A program made the translations under genes and the position numbers. DNA of 64,000 nt from an uncultured Gemmatimonadales bacterium (GTDB lineage Bacteria > Gemmatimonadota > Gemmatimonadetes > Longimicrobiales > Longimicrobiaceae): the NCBI GenBank assembly GCA_963716255.1, contig OY970303.1, positions 3,968,001 through 4,032,000 on the forward strand, written 5' to 3'. The notes beneath the pieces were generated by a model. That model worked only from the letters and a program-made list of their open reading frames with translations. It did not search any database and had not been told where the DNA came from. The number at the start of each line of letters is the position of its first letter. Position 1 is the first letter of the stretch. Below, one piece after another: positions 35,327-43,494 of the stretch.

Positions 35327-37921
35327 ATGGACGGCTACGTGCTGGGTTTCCACGAGATCGACCGGACGCAGGTCGCGGTCGTCGGGGGCAAGGGAGCGCA
35401 CCTGGGGGAGCTGTCGCGGATCGAAGGCGTCCGCGTGCCGGCCGGCTTCTGCGTGACGACGGACGCCTTCCGGCGGATCATGGCGGATGCGCCGTCGATG
35501 GACGATCGGCTCGACCGGCTGTCGCGCCTGGAGCCGGACGACCGGGAGGCGATCCGCGCGCTCAGCGCGGAGATCCGCCGGACCGTCGAAGCGATCGCAC
35601 TCCCCGACGACCTGGCGGCGGCGATCACCGGCCCGCTTGCCCGGCTCGGCGAGCAGGCCGCGTATGCCGTCCGGTCCAGCGCGACGGCGGAGGACCTGCC
35701 GACGGCCTCCTTCGCGGGCCAGCAGGACACGTATCTGAACGTCGTTGGGGCGGCGGCGATCCTCCGGCACGTCAGCCGGTGCTGGGCCTCGCTCTTCACC
35801 GAGCGGGCCGTGACCTACCGCCTGCGCAGCGGCGTGGACCACCGCAGGGTCCACATGGCCGTGGTGGTGCAGCGGATGCTCTTCCCCCGGGCGGCGGGCA
35901 TCCTGTTCACGGCCGATCCCGTCACCGGCAACCGCAAGGTCGCGTCCGTGGAGGCCGGCTTCGGACTCGGCGAGGCCCTGGTCTCCGGTCGGGTGAACGC
36001 GGACGTCTTCAAGGTGCGGGACGGCGAGGTCGTCGCCAGGACGATCGGCACCAAGCAGCTCGCCGTCCACGCCTCGCCGGCGGGCGGGACGCGGGAACGG
36101 GCGGTCGAGCCGGAGCGGCAGGCGCAGCCTGCGCTGACGGACGCGCAGGCCGTGCGGCTCGCGCAGCTGGGCCGGCGGATCGAGGCGCACTTCGGCCGCC
36201 CCCAGGACATCGAGTGGTGCCTGGTGGACGACGACTTCCAGGTCGTCCAGAGCCGGCCGATCACCACGCTGTTCCCCCTCCCGGCGCCCACCGACGGGGA
36301 GAACCACGTCTACGTTTCCGTCGGCCATCAGCAGATGATGACCGACCCCATGAAGCCGCTGGGGCTCTCGTACTGGCAGATGACGACCCGTGCGCCGATG
36401 GCCGAGGCGGGCGGCCGACTGTTCGTCGACGTCACGAAGGGGCTCGCTTCGGCGGCGAGCCGCGACAGCCTGGTGAGCGCGCTGGGGAAGTCTGATCCGC
36501 TGATCGGGGACGCGCTCCGGACCCTTCTCGACCGTGGCGACTTCGTTCCGTCGCTTCCGGACGCGCCGCCTGGCTGGTCGGTTCCCGGGAGCGGGCACGC
36601 TCCGCTCGAGACCGATCCGGCCATCCCCGCCGAGCTGATCGCGCGCGGTGAGGCTTCGATCGCTGCGCTGAAGCGCGACATCCAGGCGAAGTCGGGATCG
36701 GCGCTGCTCGACTTCATCCGGACGGACATCGAGGCGCTGAAGCAGTTCCAGTTCGATCCGCTGAGCATGCGGGTGATCCTCGCCGGGATGGAGGCCGCCT
36801 GGTGGCTCAACGACAAGCTGGAGGAGTGGCTGGGCACCCAGAACGCCGCCGACACGCTCACGCAGTCCGTGCCCGGCAACGTCACGTCGGAGATGGGGCT
36901 GGCGCTCCTCGACGTCGCCGACGTGATCCGCCCGCACCCGGAGGTGGTGGCATTTCTCCAGCACGTAGAGGACGACGGCTTCCTGGACGAGCTGCCCGGG
37001 CTCGCGGGCGGGAGCGAAGCGCTGGACGCAATCCGCGCCTGGCTCGACAGGTACGGCATGCGCGGCGTCGGCGAGATCGACATCACGCGGCCGCGGTGGA
37101 GCGAGCGCCCCTCCACGCTCCTGCCCATGCTCCTCGGCAACGTCAGGAACTTCGAGCCGGGCGCCGGCGGGCGGCGCTTCGAGCAGGGGCGGCAGGAGGC
37201 CTGGAAGAAGGAGCAGGAGGTGCTGGAGCGCCTGCGCGCGCTGCCGGAAGGGGAGCAGAAGGCCGCGGAGACCAGGCGGATGATCGACCGCGTCCGGACG
37301 TTCGCCGGGTATCGGGAGTACCCGAAGTACGGCATGGTCAGCCGCAACTTCGTCTACAAGCAGGCCCTGATGGAAGAAGCCGGGCGCCTCGTGAAGGCCG
37401 GCGTGCTCCGCGACAGGGAAGACATCTTCTTCCTCCGGTTCGAGGAGCTCCACGACGTCGTGCGCACGAGCCACGTGGACGACGAGCTCATCCGCCGGCG
37501 CAGGGAGGAGTTCGACTCGTATCGATCGCTCACGCCGCCGCGGGTGCTCACGTCGGACGGCGAGGCCGTCGCCGGGGCCTACCGGCGCGACGACCTGCCG
37601 GCCGGCGCGCTGATCGGCCTGGCGGTCTCCGCCGGGACCGTCGAGGGGCGGGCCCGCGTCATCCTGGACATGGCGGAGGCGGACCTGGAGCCGGGCGACA
37701 TCCTGGTGACCGCCTACACGGACCCCAGCTGGACGCCGCTGTTCGTCGCGATCGCGGGACTGGTGACGGAGGTGGGTGGCCTGATGACGCACGGCGCGGT
37801 GATCGCGCGGGAGTACGGCCTGCCGGCCGTCGTGGGGGTGGAGCACGCCACCCGGCGGATCCGCGACGGGCAGCGGATCCGCGTGCACGGGACGGGCGGG
37901 TACGTCGAGATCCTGCCCTAG
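35327..37921 (+). CDS. rph: Rifamycin-inactivating phosphotransferase
   Basis: 864 aa; VGGKGA ATP-grasp, VRSSATAED, PQDIEW, SVGHQQMMTD rifampin-binding region, REYPKY, C-terminal THGAVIAREYG swivel His. Confidence 0.93.
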   Translation: MDGYVLGFHEIDRTQVAVVGGKGAHLGELSRIEGVRVPAGFCVTTDAFRRIMADAPSMDDRLDRLSRLEPDDREAIRALSAEIRRTVEAIALPDDLAAAITGPLARLGEQAAYAVRSSATAEDLPTASFAGQQDTYLNVVGAAAILRHVSRCWASLFTERAVTYRLRSGVDHRRVHMAVVVQRMLFPRAAGILFTADPVTGNRKVASVEAGFGLGEALVSGRVNADVFKVRDGEVVARTIGTKQLAVHASPAGGTRERAVEPERQAQPALTDAQAVRLAQLGRRIEAHFGRPQDIEWCLVDDDFQVVQSRPITTLFPLPAPTDGENHVYVSVGHQQMMTDPMKPLGLSYWQMTTRAPMAEAGGRLFVDVTKGLASAASRDSLVSALGKSDPLIGDALRTLLDRGDFVPSLPDAPPGWSVPGSGHAPLETDPAIPAELIARGEASIAALKRDIQAKSGSALLDFIRTDIEALKQFQFDPLSMRVILAGMEAAWWLNDKLEEWLGTQNAADTLTQSVPGNVTSEMGLALLDVADVIRPHPEVVAFLQHVEDDGFLDELPGLAGGSEALDAIRAWLDRYGMRGVGEIDITRPRWSERPSTLLPMLLGNVRNFEPGAGGRRFEQGRQEAWKKEQEVLERLRALPEGEQKAAETRRMIDRVRTFAGYREYPKYGMVSRNFVYKQALMEEAGRLVKAGVLRDREDIFFLRFEELHDVVRTSHVDDELIRRRREEFDSYRSLTPPRVLTSDGEAVAGAYRRDDLPAGALIGLAVSAGTVEGRARVILDMAEADLEPGDILVTAYTDPSWTPLFVAIAGLVTEVGGLMTHGAVIAREYGLPAVVGVEHATRRIRDGQRIRVHGTGGYVEILP

Positions 37922-38079
37922 CGGGAGGTGGAGCGCTACGGAAACGTCGATCCTCTGCCCCGTTCGTGGCCGCGGGGCCCTTCCTCGCCCGGTGCGCAAG
38001 ATGGATTCCCGGCTTGGAACGCGGGCGCCGCGTTCCGGCGGTGAGCATGGCGTGTCGGACGGTTGTCCCCCGCCGCGCA

Positions 38080-38107
38080 TGGACATAGATTGAACAAACA
38101 TTGTGCA
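38080..38107 (+). promoter_or_regulatory. Candidate CarH/LitR-type operator
   Basis: TGGACA, TGAACA and TGTGCA at an exact 11-bp period upstream of the SRPBCC gene. Confidence 0.5.
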
Positions 38108-38147
38108 GACGGGCTCCGGCCGCGCTCCGGCCAGCGAAGGGACGACC

Positions 38148-38612
38148 ATGAAACTGTATCAGCTCCAGGCGAAGCAGCTCCTCCCCATCTCCGTGTCCGC
38201 CGCGTGGGACTTCTTTTCCGACGCGGCGAACCTGCCGCGCATCACCCCGCCCTCGCTGGGCTTCCGGGTGACTTCCCCGCTGCCGCCGCGGATGTACGCG
38301 GGGATGATCGCCACCTACACCGTCACCCCGTTTCCCGGCGTGCGCGTGGGCTGGGTGACCGAGATCACGCACGTGGCGGAGCATGTGATGTTCGTGGACG
38401 AGCAGCGCTCCGGCCCGTACCGCTTCTGGCACCACCAGCACCACTTCGCGGAGGTGCCCGGCGGCGTGGAGATCCGCGACATCGTCCACTACGCGCTCCC
38501 GCTCCAGCCCGCGTCCGGGATGGTGCGCCGGTGGGTGGTGGAACCGCGGCTGCGCGCCATCTTCGAGTTCCGCCGCTCCACGCTGGAAGGGCTCTTCGGC
38601 CGGATGGAGTGA
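38148..38612 (+). CDS. SRPBCC-family protein
   Basis: WDFFS...NL..ITPP, WVTEITHV, FVDEQR.GPY.FWHHQH.F, IF.FR. Confidence 0.9.
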   Translation: MKLYQLQAKQLLPISVSAAWDFFSDAANLPRITPPSLGFRVTSPLPPRMYAGMIATYTVTPFPGVRVGWVTEITHVAEHVMFVDEQRSGPYRFWHHQHHFAEVPGGVEIRDIVHYALPLQPASGMVRRWVVEPRLRAIFEFRRSTLEGLFGRME

Positions 38613-38909
38613 GGCGCGCCCCCGGGCCTCCTCCCGCCGCGCGGCGGCCCGGCCGATCCTCCGTGCGGCCTCCCCGCGCGGGCCTCTTGAAGAGCCGCGT
38701 ACTTTGCGCTCCTGCCGCTCTCGTCCCCATCTCTTTTTGCGCGTTGGTCTTAGCTCGCGCCGCGCGTTTCTTCGCCCTTTTTTCGGTGTAGCGCATCGCG
38801 AGAAGTCGCACTATCTTGCGATCCTTCTCCTCACATCGCCGAGGGCGGTCCCCGGTTCCCCGGGATCACGGCCGCATTGTTTCCATCCGCCATCCGACGT
38901 CCAACCGTC

Positions 38910-40823
38910 ATGACGAATCGCCTCGCCCCGGCGGCGGTCCTGCTCGTGCTCGCCGCCTGCTCGCCCGGCGCCTCGCGCGCTCCCGCCACGATGCCCTCGC
39001 CGGCCCCGGTCGTCGCCGTTCCCGCCGTCGCCCCGGACACCGTGGACTCCGGCCCCGAGCTGGAGACCGCCGAGCTCAAGGACGCCTCGTCCTCGCTGCT
39101 GGGGAGCGCGCGCTACGACATGCCCATGGAGGCCAACACCTGGGTGGCCGCCGAGCTGGACTTCCTGGTGACGCAGCGCAAGGCGGTGGTGGGGCGCTGG
39201 CTGGAGCGCGCCGAGCCGTACCAGGAGTTCGTCAAGGGCGTCTTCGCGGGGTACGGCCTCCCCACCGACATGCACCACCTGGCCATGGTGGAGAGCGGCT
39301 TCATCCCCACGGCGCGCTCGCGCGTGGGGGCGGTGGGGCTGTGGCAGTTCATGCCGGCCACCGGGCGCGGGATGGGGCTGCGGATCGACGACCTGGTGGA
39401 CGAGCGCATGGACCCGGTCCGCTCCACGCACGCCGCGGCCAGGCACCTCCGCGACCTGCACCGCACCTTCGGCGGCGACTGGTCGCTGGCGGCGGCCGCG
39501 TACAACGCCGGCACCGGCCGCATCAGCCGGGGGATGCAGGGGATCGGGGCGAAGAACTTCTGGGAGCTGGCGGTGTGGGGGACGCTGGCGCAGGAGACCC
39601 GGCAGTACGTCCCGCGCCTGTACGCCGTCACCATCATCGCGCGCGACCGCGAGCGCTTCGGCTTCCCCGCGCAGCGCGGGCTGGTGCGCCCCTTCGCGTA
39701 CGACAGCGTGCGCACCGACCTGTCCATCCCGCTGGCCGAGCTGGCGATGATGGCCAACCTGTCCGCAACCGCGCTCGCCGAGCTGAACCCGCACCTGCAC
39801 CGCGGGATGACGCCGGCCGGCAGCTACTGGGTGTGGGTGCCGCGGGGGAGCGGACCCGCGCTCCAGCAGGCGTACCTGGACTCCGAGATCCGGCGGGACG
39901 GCGGCTATGCCAGCTACGCCGTGCGCCGCGGCGACTCCGCCGAGAAGCTGGCGCTCTTCGCGGGGATGACCCTTTCCCGGATCCGCGAGCTCAACCCCAC
40001 GGTGGACCTGGAGACGCTGCCCAGCGGCGCGCGCCTGCGCCTTCCCCGCGCCGCCGTGGCCACGCTGGCCGCCCGCCCCGTCGAGCGCGTCGCGTCCCGC
40101 GGCTCCGACGAGGGCGAGGGCCGCAGCCGCGCCCGCAGCGAGGAGCGCGGCAAGGGCGACCGCGGCAGCGAGCCCCGCGCGTCCGAGCGCTCCTCCGCCT
40201 CCCGGAGCCGCGAGGGCGCGTCCTCCGAGCGCGAAGGCACCTCGTCCTCCCGCAGGTCGTCCGAGAGCTCGTCGTCGTCTTCCTCCTCCGAGCGCTCGTC
40301 CTCGTCCTCGTTCGAGCGGCGGCGCGAGGGGCGCACCACCGAGCACAAGGTGGCGGACGGCGAGACGCTGTGGGGGCTGTCCCGCAGGTTCGAGGTGTCG
40401 GTGGCCGAGATCCGCGAGGCCAACGACCTGGAGGGCGACGTGATCGTCCCCGGCCGCACGCTGCGCATTCCGCGCAAGGCCGCCGCCTCCGGGGAGCGCG
40501 CGGAGCGTCCGTCCTCGTCGTCCTCGTCGACGGCGCGGACGGCCCGGCGCGCCGAGGAGCCCTCGTCGCGGCGCAAGGACGGCGACGCGAGCAAGACGGA
40601 GCGCGAGTCCACGTCCTCCGCGTCGTCCTCTTCCCGGTCCGCCCGCTCGTCCGGGACGAGCGAGACCCGGAGCGCGGTCCGCGAGCACGTGGTCAAGAGC
40701 GGCGAGACGCTGTGGGGGATCGCGCGCGCGAACGACACCACGGTGGTGGCGATCCAGCGCGCCAACGACATGGACGAAGACTCCCCCATCCGTCCCGGCC
40801 AGAAGCTCCGCATCCCGCGCTGA
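38910..40823 (+). CDS. MltD-like lytic transglycosylase lipoprotein with LysM domains and Ser/Arg/Glu-rich linkers
   Basis: LAAC lipobox; VESGF, GLWQF, AAYNAG, ET..YVP; LysM repeats HKV.DGETLW and HVVKSGETLW. Confidence 0.92.
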   Translation: MTNRLAPAAVLLVLAACSPGASRAPATMPSPAPVVAVPAVAPDTVDSGPELETAELKDASSSLLGSARYDMPMEANTWVAAELDFLVTQRKAVVGRWLERAEPYQEFVKGVFAGYGLPTDMHHLAMVESGFIPTARSRVGAVGLWQFMPATGRGMGLRIDDLVDERMDPVRSTHAAARHLRDLHRTFGGDWSLAAAAYNAGTGRISRGMQGIGAKNFWELAVWGTLAQETRQYVPRLYAVTIIARDRERFGFPAQRGLVRPFAYDSVRTDLSIPLAELAMMANLSATALAELNPHLHRGMTPAGSYWVWVPRGSGPALQQAYLDSEIRRDGGYASYAVRRGDSAEKLALFAGMTLSRIRELNPTVDLETLPSGARLRLPRAAVATLAARPVERVASRGSDEGEGRSRARSEERGKGDRGSEPRASERSSASRSREGASSEREGTSSSRRSSESSSSSSSSERSSSSSFERRREGRTTEHKVADGETLWGLSRRFEVSVAEIREANDLEGDVIVPGRTLRIPRKAAASGERAERPSSSSSSTARTARRAEEPSSRRKDGDASKTERESTSSASSSSRSARSSGTSETRSAVREHVVKSGETLWGIARANDTTVVAIQRANDMDEDSPIRPGQKLRIPR

Positions 40824-40846
40824 CGGGTTCTTTCTTCAGGTGCATC

Positions 40847-40884
40847 GACGCCCCGGGTTCCTCGCGAGGAGCCCGGGGCGTTTC
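40847..40884 (+). terminator. Terminator
   Basis: GACGCCCCGGGTTCCTC-GC-GAGGAGCCCGGGGCGTT followed by a T-rich tail. Confidence 0.7.
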
Positions 40885-40911
40885 TCTTGTCTCCTCAGCT
40901 TTCGTGGGGCC

Positions 40912-41060
40912 GCTCCGGAGCCGGACGATACTGCCGTCCGTCTCCTGCGCGGGCTCCGGGAACCCCGCCAAACCGCCGGCGGGTTTCCCTCCGCCTGAGT
41001 GAGCCAGCCAAACTGCCGGCTGTCTCCCTCCGAACAGACTTGGGGGGTACTGCGGAACCA
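40912..41060. repeat. Repeat family A, copy 2
   Basis: Colinear with 53881-54036, with compensatory stem changes. Confidence 0.85.
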
Positions 41061-41151
41061 CGAACGGTGCCCCCACCTCGATGCCGAGGCGGGGGCGCCG
41101 TTCGCAGGCTGTGGCGCTTCACGCTTCGCGTGAACCGATGAACCCTGTTTC

Positions 41152-41340
41152 CTAGTCCGACACGTCCTCCACCTCGTCCTCCGCCAGCCCGATCACCACT
41201 CCGTCCTCGAACTCCACCATGAAGCCGTCGCGGCCGGTCTCGTTGCTGTCGGCGCCCCAGTGGCCGATCACCTCCCCCACCTTGCCCAGGTAGGGGCGCG
41301 ACTGGTCGTAGCGCGCGTTGACCACCCGAACCTTGTGCAT
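41152..41340 (-). CDS. Small hypothetical protein (62 aa, SH3-like beta pattern)
   Basis: GAGG RBS; coding-like codon pattern; KVRVV...GKVGEV...FMVEF. Confidence 0.7.
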   Translation of the reverse strand: MHKVRVVNARYDQSRPYLGKVGEVIGHWGADSNETGRDGFMVEFEDGVVIGLAEDEVEDVSD

Positions 41341-41472
41341 CTCGCCTCGCCGTGTCTGGGGTCTGCCGCCGTCACGCGGGCGGCCGGATGCATAAGGCGA
41401 GCCCGCCGAAACGGACGCGCCGCCCGGGTCACCCGGACGGCGCGTCCTCGTACGTGGGACCGGCGACCGCGG

Positions 41473-41691
41473 CTACAGGTCGTTCAGGTCCTTGGCGGTG
41501 CGGGCGGCGTCGCGGCGGGCGCTGGCCTCGCGCAGCGCTTCCTCGGCGCGCACCTGGTCCTGCTCGGCGCGGCCCTCCATCTGGTCCAGGCGCCCCTCGC
41601 GCTCCAGCTCGCGGTCGCCCAGCAGGTCGCCGAGCCCTTCCTTGAGCTTGCCGCCCAGGTGCTTGCCCTTGCCGCTCATGTCATCGGCCAT
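41473..41691 (-). CDS. CsbD-family stress protein
   Basis: GK.K.LGGKLKEGLG.LLGD.ELE.EG..DQ.EG; AAGGAG RBS. Confidence 0.85.
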   Translation of the reverse strand: MADDMSGKGKHLGGKLKEGLGDLLGDRELEREGRLDQMEGRAEQDQVRAEEALREASARRDAARTAKDLNDL

Positions 41692-41744
41692 GATGGACTC
41701 CTTGGTCAGTGGGTTCGCGTGAAGCCTTGTATGTCGTGGAGGGG

Positions 41745-41759
41745 GCAAGGTTTGTGCCC
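41745..41759 (-). promoter_or_regulatory. Sigma54-like promoter of the csbD-like gene
   Basis: Minus strand GGGCAC-AAACC-TTGC (GG-N10-GC). Confidence 0.5.
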
Positions 41760-41870
41760 GGTCCCAGGCGTTCCCGCGCGGGGCTGGGCTGGCCTGGAGA
41801 TTGCACGGCCGCGACCGTTCGGCTCTTCTGCTCCCGGGCTCCGGGGCTTCACCGAACCCGGGGGACGGAG

Positions 41871-42446
41871 TTGGCGGAACAGGAAGCGAGCGGGGGCCCG
41901 CCGGCGCCGTGGGAGCTGCTGCGTTCGGAGCGCCTGGCGGATTACGAGATGTTCGCGGTGCGCCGGGACCGGGCGCGCTCTCCGCGCAACGGGACGGAGC
42001 AGGACTTCCACTTCGTGGAGGCGCCGGACGGGGTGGCGCTGGTGGCCACCACGGCCGCGGGCGAGCTGGTGCTGGTGGAGCAGTTCCGCCACCCGCTGCG
42101 CCGCGTCACCCTGGAAACGCCCAGCGGGGTCATGGACCGGGGCGAGTCGCCGGTGGAGGCCGGGCTCCGCGAGCTGCGCGAGGAGACCGGCTACCTGGCC
42201 GGGCACGCCGAACACGTGGGAACGCTGACGCTCAACCCCTCGTGGCAGACCACGCGGGTGCACGTGGTGGTCGTGCGCGACGCCCGCCCCCGCGCCGAGC
42301 CGGAGCCCGACGAGGCCGAGGACCTGCGCGTGCGGCTGCTCCCCGCGGGCGAGGTGGAGCGGCGCGTGGCCGCCGGCGAGATCGACGCGTGCGTTTCCGT
42401 GGCGGCGCTGGCGCTGGCCCGCTGGGGACCGGGGGGAGCGCCGTGA
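41871..42446 (+). CDS. NUDIX hydrolase (ADP-ribose pyrophosphatase-like)
   Basis: VEQFRHP, ETPSG, G.....E.......RELREETG; TTG start chosen by eye. Confidence 0.88.
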   Translation: MAEQEASGGPPAPWELLRSERLADYEMFAVRRDRARSPRNGTEQDFHFVEAPDGVALVATTAAGELVLVEQFRHPLRRVTLETPSGVMDRGESPVEAGLRELREETGYLAGHAEHVGTLTLNPSWQTTRVHVVVVRDARPRAEPEPDEAEDLRVRLLPAGEVERRVAAGEIDACVSVAALALARWGPGGAP

Positions 42447-42517
42447 ACCGTGCGGCTCCCTTGCGGTACAGGGGGAAGCGAACGTACTCATATACAATCG
42501 TTGGACGCGGCACCCAT

Positions 42518-42841
42518 ATGTTCGTCTTCATCTCGCACCTGTCCGTTCCGGAGGAGGACCGGGAGTCGCTGGAGCGCCACTTCCGGGAGCGGTCGGGGCT
42601 GGTGGACGGCTTCCCCGGCTTCCTCTACCTCCAGCTGCTGCGCCCCCAGTCCGGCCCCGCCTCCCACACCTTTCTCACCGCGTGGGAGGACCGCGAGGCG
42701 TTCCGCAGCTACATGCGCAGCCGCGAGCACGCGGCGTCGCACTCGCGCGAGCCCGCGGACATCATGGGCCGGACCGAGGTGAGCCACGAAGCGTACGAGG
42801 TGCTGATGGACTCGCGGAGGATGCCGGAATGGGTGGCGTAG
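42518..42841 (+). CDS. Antibiotic-biosynthesis-monooxygenase (IsdG-like) protein
   Basis: F.ER.GLVD.FPGF..L.LLRP, T.WED.EAF..Y..S..H..SH. Confidence 0.82.
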   Translation: MFVFISHLSVPEEDRESLERHFRERSGLVDGFPGFLYLQLLRPQSGPASHTFLTAWEDREAFRSYMRSREHAASHSREPADIMGRTEVSHEAYEVLMDSRRMPEWVA

Positions 42842-43494
42842 CCCCCGCGGCCGGGGAGGTCACCCGCGAGTACCTGGAGGCGGTGCTCGCCGGCGACCGG
42901 CGCCGCGCCTTCGCGGTGCTGGACCGGGCGCGCGGCGCGGGGCTCGGCCACCGCGAGATGTACCTCGCGGTGTTCCAGCCGGCGCTGCGCGAGGTGGGGC
43001 GGCTCTGGGAAGAGAACCGCATCTCCGTGGCGGACGAGCACCTGGCCACCGCCATCACCCAGGCCGCCATGGCCCGCCTGTACGACGACCTGTTCACGCT
43101 GTCGCGGCAGCGCGGGCCGCTGCTGATCGCCGCGTGCGCGGACTCGGAAAGGCACGAGCTGGGGCTGCGCATGATCTGCGACCTGCTGGAGCTGGAGGGG
43201 TGGGACACCGTCTTCCTGGGCGCCACCACCCCCATCGACAGCCTGCTGGAGATGGTGGAGGCGCGCCGCCCCGCGGTGGTCGCGCTCTCCGCCTCCATCT
43301 CCCCGCACCTGGGCCGCGTGCGGGAAGCGATCCGCGTGATCCGCGAGCGCCTGGGCGACCGGGCGCCGGTGATCGCGGTGGGCGGCCGTCCGTTCATGGA
43401 GGACCCGGAGCTCGCCGGCCGGGTCGGCGCCGACCTCACCGCCATGGACGCGGTGGAGGCGGTGAAGCTGCTGCAGGAGAGAGTCGCCGCATGA
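42829..43494 (+). CDS. Stand-alone cobalamin-binding protein (four-helix cap plus Rossmann domain), no DNA-binding domain
   Basis: P.L.EVG.LW-EENRISVAD-EH (W-x9-EH), ERHELG (ExHxxG), FLGA.TP, VALS, VGG. Confidence 0.9.
   Translation: MGGVAPAAGEVTREYLEAVLAGDRRRAFAVLDRARGAGLGHREMYLAVFQPALREVGRLWEENRISVADEHLATAITQAAMARLYDDLFTLSRQRGPLLIAACADSERHELGLRMICDLLELEGWDTVFLGATTPIDSLLEMVEARRPAVVALSASISPHLGRVREAIRVIRERLGDRAPVIAVGGRPFMEDPELAGRVGADLTAMDAVEAVKLLQERVAA

Noticed and set aside
35327..37921. Phosphoenolpyruvate synthase
   Set aside because: The His swivel domain is C-terminal and the central region has Rph motifs; the upstream RAE agrees with rph.
40090..40680. Ser/Arg/Glu-rich stretches in the LysM protein as a repeat element
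   Set aside because: In-frame low-complexity linkers between LysM domains, with no discrete DNA repeat unit.
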